Position numbers and translations under genes: made by a program. A stretch of 20,000 bases of DNA, from the IMG/VR virus record IMGVR_UViG_2061766007_000514; one strand, written 5' to 3'. The notes below the pieces were generated by a model. That model was given only the letters and a program-made list of their open reading frames with translations. It was not told where the DNA came from and searched no databases. Source of the DNA: an uncultured virus (IMG/VR IMGVR_UViG_2061766007_000514). Its lineage: Duplodnaviria; Heunggongvirae; Uroviricota; Caudoviricetes. Positions 8,918 to 17,465 of this stretch are shown piece after piece (position 1 is the stretch's first letter; the number at the start of each line of letters is the position of its first letter).

Positions 8918-9169
8918 TTATTTAAGAAAATTCCTGAAACTGTCCACGTTAGCTTGTGCCTGCTGGTATAACTGCTGTTTCTGAGTTTCAGTCATACGCC
9001 CAGAGGCACAAAGAGAATCCACAATTGCTTTAGGATCTTTTCCTCGCATCATCTTTGCAAATTCAAGGAAGCTCATTCCTTTCGCGCTTCGTGGAACGTT
9101 TACTTGCTGTTGCGGTTGTGCCGCTTGCTTCTGATTCTGAGAACGCAACATCGACATAATCGGGTTCAC
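8918..9169 (-). CDS. Small Gln/Met-rich hypothetical protein (cassette gene B)
   Basis: GAGG RBS; MNPIMSML..FLEFAKMMRGKDPKAIVDSLCASGRMTETQKQQL. Confidence 0.7.
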   Translation of the reverse strand: MNPIMSMLRSQNQKQAAQPQQQVNVPRSAKGMSFLEFAKMMRGKDPKAIVDSLCASGRMTETQKQQLYQQAQANVDSFRNFLK

Positions 9170-9493
9170 GGTGCCTCTTCATCTCCTCTTCCAATTTTGC
9201 AATCCGCTCCTCAAGAGTAGCAACTCGTCTAGTCTCCTCATCTTCATGAATGGAAATATCTAAACCGGTGATTGTCTTGTAGCCAGCATCATCGGTCTTA
9301 ACATACCAAATAATCGGATCTGTTTCGTCCATGAGTAAGATCTCACTTGCTTTCGGCATGTCATAAGCATTTGCACCGGCTCNNNNNNNNNNNNNNNNNN
9401 NNNNNNNNNNNNNNNNNNNTACTGCATAAATGGATTATTTGAAGAACCCATAGAATTATTCTGCAGCATCTGTAACCAAGGATTGTTTACCAT
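9063..9493 (-). CDS. Hypothetical protein (cassette gene A); one gene split by an N-gap in the ORF track
   Basis: GGAGG RBS and ATG 9493 (MVNNPWLQ...). After the gap the frame reads AGANAYDMPKASEILLMDETDPIIWYVKTDDAGYKT...; C-terminal coiled coil (LEERIAKLEEEM). Confidence 0.7.
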
Positions 9494-9517
9494 TTTACTG
9501 CCTCCAAACGAGTTTAA

Positions 9518-10087
9518 TTACTGTCCAATAGAAAGTCTTCCAGTTCCTCGACGAACTTTAAACTGGTTTCCAATTACAACCCCATTCAAATTTCCATATC
9601 TCATTAATTCGTCGAAATATGTCATTCCTTTATGAGCATCACGGGCAATTTTAGTACTAGATACATCATAGCCAAGAGTATGCGCATTTGCCATCATCTG
9701 CCATGTTTTCTTTTCCATTTCTTCTAAATGACTATGACTATCTAGCATCTTTTTTAAATACTTAGTAGCTTTTTGACTAACTTTTTGCGCTCGCTTATCC
9801 TCTTGACCGTATTTGCCCATTTTATTTAAAGCTTTATTCGCGTATTTATTAGCTTTTTGTTTATAGGCCTCATAATCGCCTATAACATATGCCTGCTGTT
9901 TATCAAACTTATTTAAATCTCTTTGCAAATGCCGAGCACCACGGTCAGTCGGACCATACGTTCCACTATACCGTTTCCTACCGTCTGGAGTAAGAGATCC
10001 ATCTTCATTCTGCCAACGACGGATGCCCCAACGCTGACCTTTTATACCATAGTGAAATAATTCGCCATTTACTAATGTATAATCCAT
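9518..10087 (-). CDS. Basic protein with N-terminal ELxHxGxKGQRWGxRR motif (DUF7211-like, from memory), paralog 2
   Basis: MDYTLVNGELFHYGIKGQRWGIRRWQNEDGSLTPDG followed by a Lys-rich helical region. Confidence 0.75.
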   Translation of the reverse strand: MDYTLVNGELFHYGIKGQRWGIRRWQNEDGSLTPDGRKRYSGTYGPTDRGARHLQRDLNKFDKQQAYVIGDYEAYKQKANKYANKALNKMGKYGQEDKRAQKVSQKATKYLKKMLDSHSHLEEMEKKTWQMMANAHTLGYDVSSTKIARDAHKGMTYFDELMRYGNLNGVVIGNQFKVRRGTGRLSIGQ

Positions 10088-10099
10088 TTGTACTCATCC

Positions 10100-10546
10100 C
10101 TAAGCGCCTACTACTATATGAAGTTTTTTACTGCTATCATTGACATACATCTGCATAAATCGCTTACCACTCTCAACTTGCGCCGGATTGAGCTCTCTAG
10201 CATACTGTTTCTCCATCTTCTCATAAAATCGATTTGCCTTTTTTAAACTTCGAGCGTACTTCTTATGAGCGCGGCGATATTTCTGTGCAGTTCGAACTAA
10301 AGCATCATCAGATGTGTACCACCTACGAGATTTCTTCTTCAGTTTACCAATCGCATGCTCAGACTTAATATACATTTTATCTGCTTTTGACTGAATCCGA
10401 AGCAGTTTATCAGAAGCCTTTCTATAACGCTGATAACCTTCAGGAGTTAAAGAGCCATCCTCATTCTGATAACGGCGAACTCCCCAACGCTGGCCTTTTG
10501 TACCATGGTGATAGAGTTCACCATTAACTAACACATAATCACTCAT
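10100..10546 (-). CDS. Basic protein with N-terminal ELxHxGxKGQRWGxRR motif (DUF7211-like, from memory), paralog 1
   Basis: Likely start ATG 10546 (ATGA overlap with the TerL stop); MSDYVLVNGELYHHGTKGQRWGVRRYQNEDGSLTPEG. Confidence 0.75.
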   Translation of the reverse strand: MSDYVLVNGELYHHGTKGQRWGVRRYQNEDGSLTPEGYQRYRKASDKLLRIQSKADKMYIKSEHAIGKLKKKSRRWYTSDDALVRTAQKYRRAHKKYARSLKKANRFYEKMEKQYARELNPAQVESGKRFMQMYVNDSSKKLHIVVGA

Positions 10547-12294
10547 CCAAACGCCTCTCTGTTCACTTTCCAAGCAATGAAAGCATCCATCATACTTGCA
10601 ACAGGGTCAATCTTCTGCTCATAACGACGCTTCCAAAGCTTTCTATTACCATTACTATCCTCAATCGTTATACAATTACCCATGGCGAATTGCATTATGG
10701 ATTCATCAAATAATAAAAGCCGGTCCTCGGCCAACTTTCTCAGTTCACCAAGAGGCACCGACTCTGTTTTTACACCCTGTATAACTTTCTCAATTCCAAA
10801 TGGCCCATTTTCTTGAGCCCATCGATTGACAAACTCCTTAGCATTATACGGGTCATATCCAAAACAGCACACATCATACTCGTTATCGATAATATGCCGA
10901 TCTAGATCTTCATAGACTTCTTCTAGATCAAGTACTGTTCCATTCAGAACCATCAAACTACCTTCTCGTATGAACTCTTCATACTTACTTCGCATAGCCG
11001 CTGGCAATTTCATTAATGTCTGTTCAGATATGTAATTTCTTGTCTTAACTCCGAACTGACTACCAGGTAAAGGAAATAGAAATGTAAAGGAGCAGAAGTC
11101 ATCACCTTGAGAAAGGTCCGCACCAAGAGCGCATTGCATCTGCCAATAACTCTTAGGCGGATGAGGAATCGTTTGCTCGTAGGTAAAGAAGTAAGTATAA
11201 CCCTCCATCGGAATTCCAAATCTTTTAGCTAGAATATCATTCCGATTAGCAGGAGCTGCTTCCATTCTTTCTACATCGGCCTGATATGCCTCGTAGGAAA
11301 CACTTTGACCAATATTTGGATTTGCCTTAATCCAAAGATCAGGTCGGGCTACTTCTGATACATCGTCAAGCTTATACCACCAGATAGAAGTATGAATGGC
11401 ATTGTATTCGCCTTTTAAAATCTTCATAAGTTCCATTTTGATGGTATCACCAGGGCCATTCCGGACAGTTCCTTCACTGCTGGTCGCTACTATAAGGTAG
11501 TCGGGAATATTACCCTTACTAGCACCCTGCTCAATAGCACCGATAACATCCTCACGAATATCACCAGAAAGCCATTCATCAATTGTCGCGACTTTACAAC
11601 GTAACCCCTGAAGCTTATCAATACTCATTGGTCTGATACGAAGAATAGAACCATTCAAGAAATTCTGAATTCCCATCTTCGTAGATGCTAATTTCACTCG
11701 ATTAGCCTTAGAACCGGTTGTATTTTGAAGTGAGCCTTCCGTTAAAAACTGAAACAATGGTCCACGGCTCCGAGTAATAGCTGTTCGAAGAGGCGAAAGC
11801 ACTTCATCTGCCTGATCCATTGTCGGAGCAGTAGTAATCTGATCTGTTGTACTTAGATCAATGTTAAGAAATTGGTTATGGATGCAACTGTCGTAAATTG
11901 TCTTAGCTGCACCTCGACCAACAATAAGAATCTGTTTATTAATCAGTCTTCGCTTAATTCGTTTCCGCACATAATGTCCACCATGACCACTCGGATCAGG
12001 TTGGTAAACACTTCTTTCGATAAAATAATACCATCCGAAAATCTGTTCACCCCAAAGCTTGAAACTGTCCATTAATTCCAGATCGCTACCATCTGTCAGG
12101 GTTAATTCGTTCTCACAGCAAGCGATCCAACCTTCAACTGGATCAGGATCATAGTACACACCTGGATTTGCAATTAATTCATCGATGCGTTTCATCTCCA
12201 TAGCGACAGTATCGCATACAGGAATTTCGCCACGAATCACGGCCTCTCTAAATTGGCCATAGTATTTCGGAACAGCCGTATTAGAGAGTGACAT
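10543..12294 (-). CDS. terL: Terminase large subunit
   Basis: 583 aa; Walker A-like VGRGAAKT, Walker B ATIDEW, nuclease acidic motifs LGADLS and KIDPVASMMDA; AAAGGAG RBS. Confidence 0.95.
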   Translation of the reverse strand: MSLSNTAVPKYYGQFREAVIRGEIPVCDTVAMEMKRIDELIANPGVYYDPDPVEGWIACCENELTLTDGSDLELMDSFKLWGEQIFGWYYFIERSVYQPDPSGHGGHYVRKRIKRRLINKQILIVGRGAAKTIYDSCIHNQFLNIDLSTTDQITTAPTMDQADEVLSPLRTAITRSRGPLFQFLTEGSLQNTTGSKANRVKLASTKMGIQNFLNGSILRIRPMSIDKLQGLRCKVATIDEWLSGDIREDVIGAIEQGASKGNIPDYLIVATSSEGTVRNGPGDTIKMELMKILKGEYNAIHTSIWWYKLDDVSEVARPDLWIKANPNIGQSVSYEAYQADVERMEAAPANRNDILAKRFGIPMEGYTYFFTYEQTIPHPPKSYWQMQCALGADLSQGDDFCSFTFLFPLPGSQFGVKTRNYISEQTLMKLPAAMRSKYEEFIREGSLMVLNGTVLDLEEVYEDLDRHIIDNEYDVCCFGYDPYNAKEFVNRWAQENGPFGIEKVIQGVKTESVPLGELRKLAEDRLLLFDESIMQFAMGNCITIEDSNGNRKLWKRRYEQKIDPVASMMDAFIAWKVNREAFG

Positions 12295-12299
12295 TTTTC

Positions 12300-12328
12300 T
12301 TGCTCCTTTATATCAAACGTGATAGAAT
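12300..12328 (+). promoter_or_regulatory. SigmaA-type promoter for the plus-strand small gene
   Basis: TTGCTC (12300-12305), 17-bp spacer, extended -10 TG-A-TAGAAT (12320-12328). Confidence 0.65.
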
Positions 12329-12358
12329 TATCTCAAATTTTGTAAAGGAGGTAATTCT

Positions 12359-12529
12359 ATGGGTTACAGAATCAGGATTTGGGATGAGGACGACAACGAA
12401 TATACTGGTACTACCGTCTATTCCACGTTTCGAGAAGCTTTACACCGTATGAACGAAGATATGGAAGAAGATACCTATATCGATGGTAAAGTAATTGTAT
12501 GTTCAGAAGTCATTAGCGAAGATGAGTAA
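12359..12529 (+). CDS. Small acidic hypothetical protein, 56 aa (moron-like; not in the ORF track)
   Basis: AAAGGAGGT RBS at 12344-12352, ATG 12359, MGYRIRIWDEDDNEYTGTTVYSTFREALHRMNEDMEEDTYIDGKVIVCSEVISEDE*; fills the intergenic gap and its stop abuts the convergent gene's stop. Confidence 0.8.
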   Translation: MGYRIRIWDEDDNEYTGTTVYSTFREALHRMNEDMEEDTYIDGKVIVCSEVISEDE

Positions 12530-13126
12530 TTACTTTTTCTTTTTGTTCTCTTTATTATCAGTATTTAAATATTTCTGAAATTTATTAGGATAATCCTTAA
12601 CGTCTTTAACTGTAGGTAAATTATACTTTGTGAATGTATTGATGACTCTGGCACTTGCATTCCAAACGTTAATACCACTATTAACAAATTTAGCGACCTT
12701 TTGCATAGTGTCAGCCGTCTTCTCTACATATTCCATGCCTGTTTTCTTTTTAGGCATTAACTCCGCAAGCGACTTTTCTTTATTATTTCTAAGAATTACG
12801 GCATCAATCTCTGCATTAGTTAAATGCTTTCTGTACTTGTAAGCTGAAGAAATATCTCCAGACTCAATAATCTGTTTTTTCTTTTCTTCAGTTAATTCGT
12901 CGTCTTTTTTCTCTTCTTCATGAAGTTTTTTAGGTAAGGTCTTTTGCTTATTTTTCTTAAATAAACCTCTATGTTTTCGCTTACTTTCATCTGCCTGAAA
13001 AGGTCTCTCCCCACTACCAAGAGGATATCTACCGGAACCTACCTTTGCGCCATCCCGTTTACTACGTCCGGAGTGCATTAAATAGAGTCGGCCATCTAAT
13101 GACTCTACAATCTGATACTCATCCAT
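12530..13126 (-). CDS. Lys-rich hypothetical protein with N-terminal LMHSG...GSGRYPLGSG motif
   Basis: ATG 13126 inside the AATTCAAAATG motif right after an N-gap; composition differs sharply from the upstream half of the track's 329-aa ORF. Confidence 0.65.
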   Translation of the reverse strand: MDEYQIVESLDGRLYLMHSGRSKRDGAKVGSGRYPLGSGERPFQADESKRKHRGLFKKNKQKTLPKKLHEEEKKDDELTEEKKKQIIESGDISSAYKYRKHLTNAEIDAVILRNNKEKSLAELMPKKKTGMEYVEKTADTMQKVAKFVNSGINVWNASARVINTFTKYNLPTVKDVKDYPNKFQKYLNTDNKENKKKK

Positions 13127-13134
13127 TTTGAATT

Positions 13135-13489
13135 NNNNNNNNNNNNNNNNNNNNNNNNNNNNNNNNNCGACGTTTAATCGCCATTCATATTCATTTATTT
13201 GCCTCTGAAAGCTTTCCAAAATTACGCTCGATGCTGGAGGATCGAACATCAACTTAACTTTCAGATACATATAAGTTTTTACCAGCCCTAACTTTTGCCC
13301 AGCCGGGAGAAATTCGTCCCATGTACTAAGTGCATCAGAGATCTCAAATCCACCCTTAGGACCAACACCAAGCTGGTGTAAAACCATAAAAGCACTATTA
13401 ATATCAGTTATGATGGCTTCATCAAAACTGTCATCTTCTTCTGTTAAACCAACATTTAACTTGATTGATGTTAAGATGCTATCTGTCAT
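13135..13489 (-). CDS. Putative head-tail connector/adaptor (stop probably inside the N-gap; end approximate)
   Basis: GAGGAGG RBS, ATG 13489; SILTSIKLNVG..FDEAIITDINSAFMVLHQLGVG..VKTYMYLKVKLMFDPP..EYEWRL helical pattern resembling gp6-like connectors. Confidence 0.6.
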
Positions 13490-13500
13490 GTTATCCTCCT

Positions 13501-13914
13501 CTAACTTCTCCAGGGACAAGTATCAAACCTGCTCCTCTGTATCACGGGAGGAGGAAGCAGTCTCTCATCGCCATAATGTATTGCGTTATGGGTTCTACGA
13601 GTTGTACAAATAAGATAGTCAGGGTTATACACCTCTGGCACAAGTTCAACCAGATCCGTAAGTTTTACTGGATTCATATGATGTATAATAATTAACCCAT
13701 AAATGTCATAACCTTCCGAGGCCAGATCACAGCCAAGATCACGAACTATGACCTGGTCTCTTACGCGCTTCCACTCACTTGAATGATAAAATTTCTGATT
13801 CATCCACCGATCGAAACCAAACGTTTCTTCAGCAACTCTACCATCTAGTTTGAGATAAGCGAAGCGTTCTTCAAAGGTTGGGAACTGGATTAGTTCAGAA
13901 TATGTCCTCATCAT
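13501..13914 (-). CDS. Terminase-associated HNH endonuclease
   Basis: FYHSSEWKRVRDQVIVRDLGCD..IIIHHMNP..NPDYLICTTRRTHNAIHY; likely start MMRTYS at 13914/13911. Confidence 0.85.
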   Translation of the reverse strand: MMRTYSELIQFPTFEERFAYLKLDGRVAEETFGFDRWMNQKFYHSSEWKRVRDQVIVRDLGCDLASEGYDIYGLIIIHHMNPVKLTDLVELVPEVYNPDYLICTTRRTHNAIHYGDERLLPPPVIQRSRFDTCPWRS

Positions 13915-14245
13915 CACTTTCTCCATTCCCACTATACTTGCGCATCGCTGCAATAGCTTTTGCATAGAGCTCCTCAGATGCTTTAGAAGCTTGTAATGCT
14001 TCTGTTTTAGCTTCTAGGAGCTCTTTCTGTTTTTCCATAATTTCTTTCTCAAGTCGCTCTTTTGTAGTAGCCAACTTAAGAAAATGGACCAACACCTGAG
14101 AAGATGCGGTCCCTTCAAGTAATTGCTTTTCAGCTTGGTCAATCGCCAATGCTATTAATTGATTTTCTCGACCTTCCGGTGTCATTGCCGGTCGTAGTCT
14201 CTGGGGAGGTTCCGCTTCCCCGATACTCGCTTTTTTTCGAGGCAA
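13895..14245 (-). CDS. Putative terminase small subunit
   Basis: AAAGGAGG RBS, TTG start; helical N-terminus plus coiled coil; next to HNH and upstream of terL; call is mostly positional. Confidence 0.5.
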   Translation of the reverse strand: MPRKKASIGEAEPPQRLRPAMTPEGRENQLIALAIDQAEKQLLEGTASSQVLVHFLKLATTKERLEKEIMEKQKELLEAKTEALQASKASEELYAKAIAAMRKYSGNGESDDEDIF

Positions 14246-14265
14246 AGCAGAGTCCTCCTTTCTGC

Positions 14266-14523
14266 TTAATACTCAAGAATTAAATGACCATTGTTATCTA
14301 GACTGTAATTCACAGACATAGAAGACGTACTATAACTAAGGATCAAATGTCCATTAGCATCAATACTAAATGTATAGTCATCGTAAGTCTTAATTGCTGC
14401 TATAAGATCAGGGAGATCATCAATAGTAGAATCGCTTGGAACTGTCACACCCTTATCTTCTACAGCATCAAAAGCTAAGTCACGTTTTGTAGTAATACGA
14501 GTAATTTCACTCTGGATGCTCAC
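14266..14523 (-). CDS. Small virion/fibre-associated protein
   Basis: N-terminus similar to that of 15433-14540; C-terminal duplicated F/Y-S-x-D-x-N-G-H-L-I-L-x-Y motif also present in 19735-19247. Confidence 0.6.
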   Translation of the reverse strand: MSIQSEITRITTKRDLAFDAVEDKGVTVPSDSTIDDLPDLIAAIKTYDDYTFSIDANGHLILSYSTSSMSVNYSLDNNGHLILEY

Positions 14524-14539
14524 CCAAGCACCCCCCCGT

Positions 14540-15433
14540 TCAAATGGCTGCTAAAGCGTCCTCAATGTCGCTCGTTAAACTCACCGTACCAGAACCATTA
14601 TGGTAGCCAGCAGGAACTGTGTAACTCACCGTTGTAAGACCATCAATACTACCACTGATAGCAGCATTATTAGCCATTGTACCGGTTAACTGTACAGCAG
14701 CCCCGTTCTCAATACCATGGGCAGTCACGCCATAAAGAATATTAGCTGCTACTGCAGTATCTCCGGTTGTATCACCATACTGACCCGGGATAGCTGCTAT
14801 AGTTACTTTACTAAGAACTTTACCTGTCGTTGGAGTAACATTTTGACTTGAAGCACTGGGTGTTGCCGTTTTCTCTTCTAAAACGATTCCAACACTGCCA
14901 GAGCCATTATGGTATCCTGTAGGAACAATATAAGACTGATTATTTGCAGTTGCATCTAAGGTCTTACTCACAGCACCATTGTTAGGCATTGTACCAGTAA
15001 GTGTTGTACCATCAGAAGCCACAATAATCTTCGGAGAAAGCACATCACTAGCGGTTGCATTGACTGACGATACATCCTGATAAGCAGCAGGTATAGCAGC
15101 AACTGTCACACCACTTAAACCATAGTAACCACTATCTGCAGTGATACTCTGTTGACTCTTTGTTGGAGTAACCGATTTTGCCTGAAGTGTATAGTTACCA
15201 CCACCGGCTACACCAGAAACAGTACCGGATCCATTGTGGTAACCCTCGGGGATTGTGTAGGTATCGCCTTCCTGAACAGTCGCAGAAACGGCACCACGAT
15301 TAACGATACCATCAATTTCATCGGCGAGATCATCGAGCAGATCAGTTGACTCACCCAGCCCGAGGTTCACCATCTTGTTGCGAATAGTATTTCTAGCCGC
15401 TTGTAATCGGGCTATTTCAGTTGCTGTGCTCAT
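14540..15433 (-). CDS. Tail fibre-like repeat protein
   Basis: Three YT/IxPxGYHNGSGxV repeats, two LTGTMxNN repeats, two K(S/T)xTP...LSxVTxAAIP repeats; Thr/Ser/Gly-rich. Confidence 0.7.
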   Translation of the reverse strand: MSTATEIARLQAARNTIRNKMVNLGLGESTDLLDDLADEIDGIVNRGAVSATVQEGDTYTIPEGYHNGSGTVSGVAGGGNYTLQAKSVTPTKSQQSITADSGYYGLSGVTVAAIPAAYQDVSSVNATASDVLSPKIIVASDGTTLTGTMPNNGAVSKTLDATANNQSYIVPTGYHNGSGSVGIVLEEKTATPSASSQNVTPTTGKVLSKVTIAAIPGQYGDTTGDTAVAANILYGVTAHGIENGAAVQLTGTMANNAAISGSIDGLTTVSYTVPAGYHNGSGTVSLTSDIEDALAAI

Positions 15434-15441
15434 AACTCACC

Positions 15442-15729
15442 TCATATAGTACTAAGTAATGCATTAATATTACCGATTTCTGTATAAACAGCGGCTGCGG
15501 TAATTGGTCTTGTGTTATCTGCTTCCGGACTGTTGGCCGGGGTGATCCATTCAACATCGTAGTCCCCATCGGTCCTTTTTGCTAACAGATCACCCTGTAA
15601 ACCGCCCATCGGAAGTTTAGTCTCGACATAATCACGAACTGCTTGCTGATCCATTCGGATACTAGTGGAATCAGCTTCGTCAACGTCAACGTCAATAGCT
15701 GAATTGGAGAATTCGGCATAAACATTCAC
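15442..15729 (-). CDS. Hypothetical fibre-associated protein
   Basis: LPMGGLQGDLLAKRTDGDYDVEW and DNTRPITAAAVYTEIGNINALL motifs; overlaps the upstream stop (ATGA-type junction). Confidence 0.6.
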   Translation of the reverse strand: MNVYAEFSNSAIDVDVDEADSTSIRMDQQAVRDYVETKLPMGGLQGDLLAKRTDGDYDVEWITPANSPEADNTRPITAAAVYTEIGNINALLSTI

Positions 15730-16049
15730 GCCTTATCCACCACCTTTAAACTTCCGCATTCAACAATATTGCACAGAAACAGACCGTTCTGATACCAGTC
15801 AAGAGAGTAAACATATGAGCCGACGGGAAACAGCTGACTCTCTTGCTCGGTAAGAGATAATTCAATTGTATTCTCTTCCAGATCTGTATATATCTTTTCG
15901 AGAATGAGTTCACCATTACGTTTTGTCTTAAATGTAAACTTAAAACTATCGTTTTCAGTGATTTCGGCTCCATGAATCTTAACTAATTCGGCAATTCCCC
16001 AGTCTCCTTCTACGAACTGAAGATTCTTACCGCTGGAACGCCATGCCAT
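15726..16049 (-). CDS. BppU N-terminal-like beta-sandwich protein (putative)
   Basis: GAGGTG RBS; pattern xxGD..F-T-F-K..ILEK..LSLTEQES..GSYVYSLDW. Confidence 0.55.
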   Translation of the reverse strand: MAWRSSGKNLQFVEGDWGIAELVKIHGAEITENDSFKFTFKTKRNGELILEKIYTDLEENTIELSLTEQESQLFPVGSYVYSLDWYQNGLFLCNIVECGSLKVVDKA

Positions 16050-16085
16050 TTTCTCACCTCGCTTATATGTACCTCTTGAATAAAT

Positions 16086-16331
16086 TTACTGTTTCAGTGC
16101 CTTAACTTCTCTTGCTCCATTCCAAGCAGCACAAATAGCGGCACTAAGGCAATCACCTATGATAAGCTGCGGAGTAAAAATACTGCCAAGCCAAGGAAGT
16201 ACTTCGCTCCAAGTAGCAGGCGGCGTTGCTAAAGAAATAACAACAGCAGGTATCAGAGTACCTACAAACACCTGTACAAAAGTTTTAATAGTCCGAACTA
16301 ACCAGTCCGGCATAGCCTTTTTTGCATGCAT
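16086..16331 (-). CDS. Holin (two predicted TM helices)
   Basis: RTIKTFVQVFVGTLIPAVVISL and LIIGDCLSAAICAAWN; basic C-terminus; immediately after the endolysin; start ATG 16331 or TTG 16349. Confidence 0.7.
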   Translation of the reverse strand: MHAKKAMPDWLVRTIKTFVQVFVGTLIPAVVISLATPPATWSEVLPWLGSIFTPQLIIGDCLSAAICAAWNGAREVKALKQ

Positions 16332-16338
16332 TTTGAAT

Positions 16339-17157
16339 TCATCCTCCAAGTATTCCGGATAAAGACTTAGAATCTTCTTCTTCGAAACGCCGATTGTAAT
16401 TTCTAATCATCTGCATGACTTCAGCGCGAGTAATCAGATCTTCTGGCCTTGTATCAGTTACGATTCCTTCCTTCAAAGCCCATTTAACCGTGTCGTCATA
16501 CCAGTGTGTTACCGGTTCGGGTTTCTTAGGCATCCAAAGACCAGCAGCGTTCATATCCTCACAAGAGTCAAGATCAACAGCAAAATTAGGATCTGTGTCA
16601 ATCTTAGCGGCAATCTCTTTAGACCGTTTATCCCCCTGCCAGGCATACTGTCTAACATTGGCGTTAACATGGTAATTCTTTGTCCAGGCTACACATTGCC
16701 AAGCATAATTACAAACGTGATTGTCTAAACAATACTTAACAATCTTTTCGCCGCCATAGACACCGATCTTGTATGGACCTAAGGTTAGTGCAGCTGATTT
16801 CAGATACTGTCCACACATACCTAAATCATAGTCAGGCACATCGTAATCAGCCGCAAAGTAAATGACAGTACCATAAGGAACACCCATTGCCTCAGCTAAA
16901 GATCGTGCCCGAATACCATGATCAGAACCTTTAGAACCGCCATATCTGATGTCAGAAGCGCCAAGTTCCCAACAAAGTAAAATTGCTAAACCTGCATTAC
17001 GTAATATGTTAGCTTCATCTTCTGTTAAAGCTTTCCATGCTACAGTACCAGTTGCAGGCACGAGATAACGGCCAACAAAGCTTATTTTTGCGCGTATAGC
17101 ATTATTGGCATGCTCTTCAGTAAGTTTTGCTGCCGTATCTATTCCTTGATAAGTCAT
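16339..17157 (-). CDS. Endolysin: DUF1906/GH25-like glycoside hydrolase with C-terminal SLH-like domain
   Basis: GIDTA..FVGRYL..KALTEDEA..IYFAADYD..IGVYGG..WQCVAW..VDLD; C-terminal HWYDDTVKWALKEGIV..RPEDLITRAEV. Confidence 0.85.
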   Translation of the reverse strand: MTYQGIDTAAKLTEEHANNAIRAKISFVGRYLVPATGTVAWKALTEDEANILRNAGLAILLCWELGASDIRYGGSKGSDHGIRARSLAEAMGVPYGTVIYFAADYDVPDYDLGMCGQYLKSAALTLGPYKIGVYGGEKIVKYCLDNHVCNYAWQCVAWTKNYHVNANVRQYAWQGDKRSKEIAAKIDTDPNFAVDLDSCEDMNAAGLWMPKKPEPVTHWYDDTVKWALKEGIVTDTRPEDLITRAEVMQMIRNYNRRFEEEDSKSLSGILGG

Positions 17158-17159
17158 TC

Positions 17160-17450
17160 TTACTTCACTACTTTCCAGCGACGCATTTGATTGTATAAAT
17201 CGTCGACGTAATTGTTTCCTTTTAACGCTTTGTATGCGGCAAAAATCGAATCAAGATTTTGACGCTCATATTCTCGCAGTGTCGGCTCCGCCTCATCGCA
17301 GTGTTTATAGTAAATTGCTGTGATGTCGTTACGAAGCTGACACTGCTGCCCTTCTGCTATGTCTCTGATCTTATTGCCGAATGCAACGAGCGTAATTAGG
17401 AAACCAATAAGGGTACTCATATACCCTATGAATTGTACTATTGGTTCCAT
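17160..17450 (-). CDS. Holin-like membrane protein (single N-terminal TM helix)
   Basis: FIGYMSTLIGFLITLVAF TM segment; LRNDIT..Y and YKALKGNNYVDDLY motif; directly upstream of the endolysin. Confidence 0.6.
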   Translation of the reverse strand: MEPIVQFIGYMSTLIGFLITLVAFGNKIRDIAEGQQCQLRNDITAIYYKHCDEAEPTLREYERQNLDSIFAAYKALKGNNYVDDLYNQMRRWKVVK

Positions 17451-17465
17451 AGGCGTATTCTTCCT

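Noticed and set aside
9063..9493. Apparent frameshift or pseudogene (two overlapping ORFs)
   Set aside because: The frame change coincides with the N-gap at 9383-9419, whose length is unreliable; treated as one gene
12530..13519. 329-aa ORF as a connector fusion protein
   Set aside because: Probably an artefact of reading through the N-gap at 13135-13167; better explained as two genes starting at 13489 and 13126
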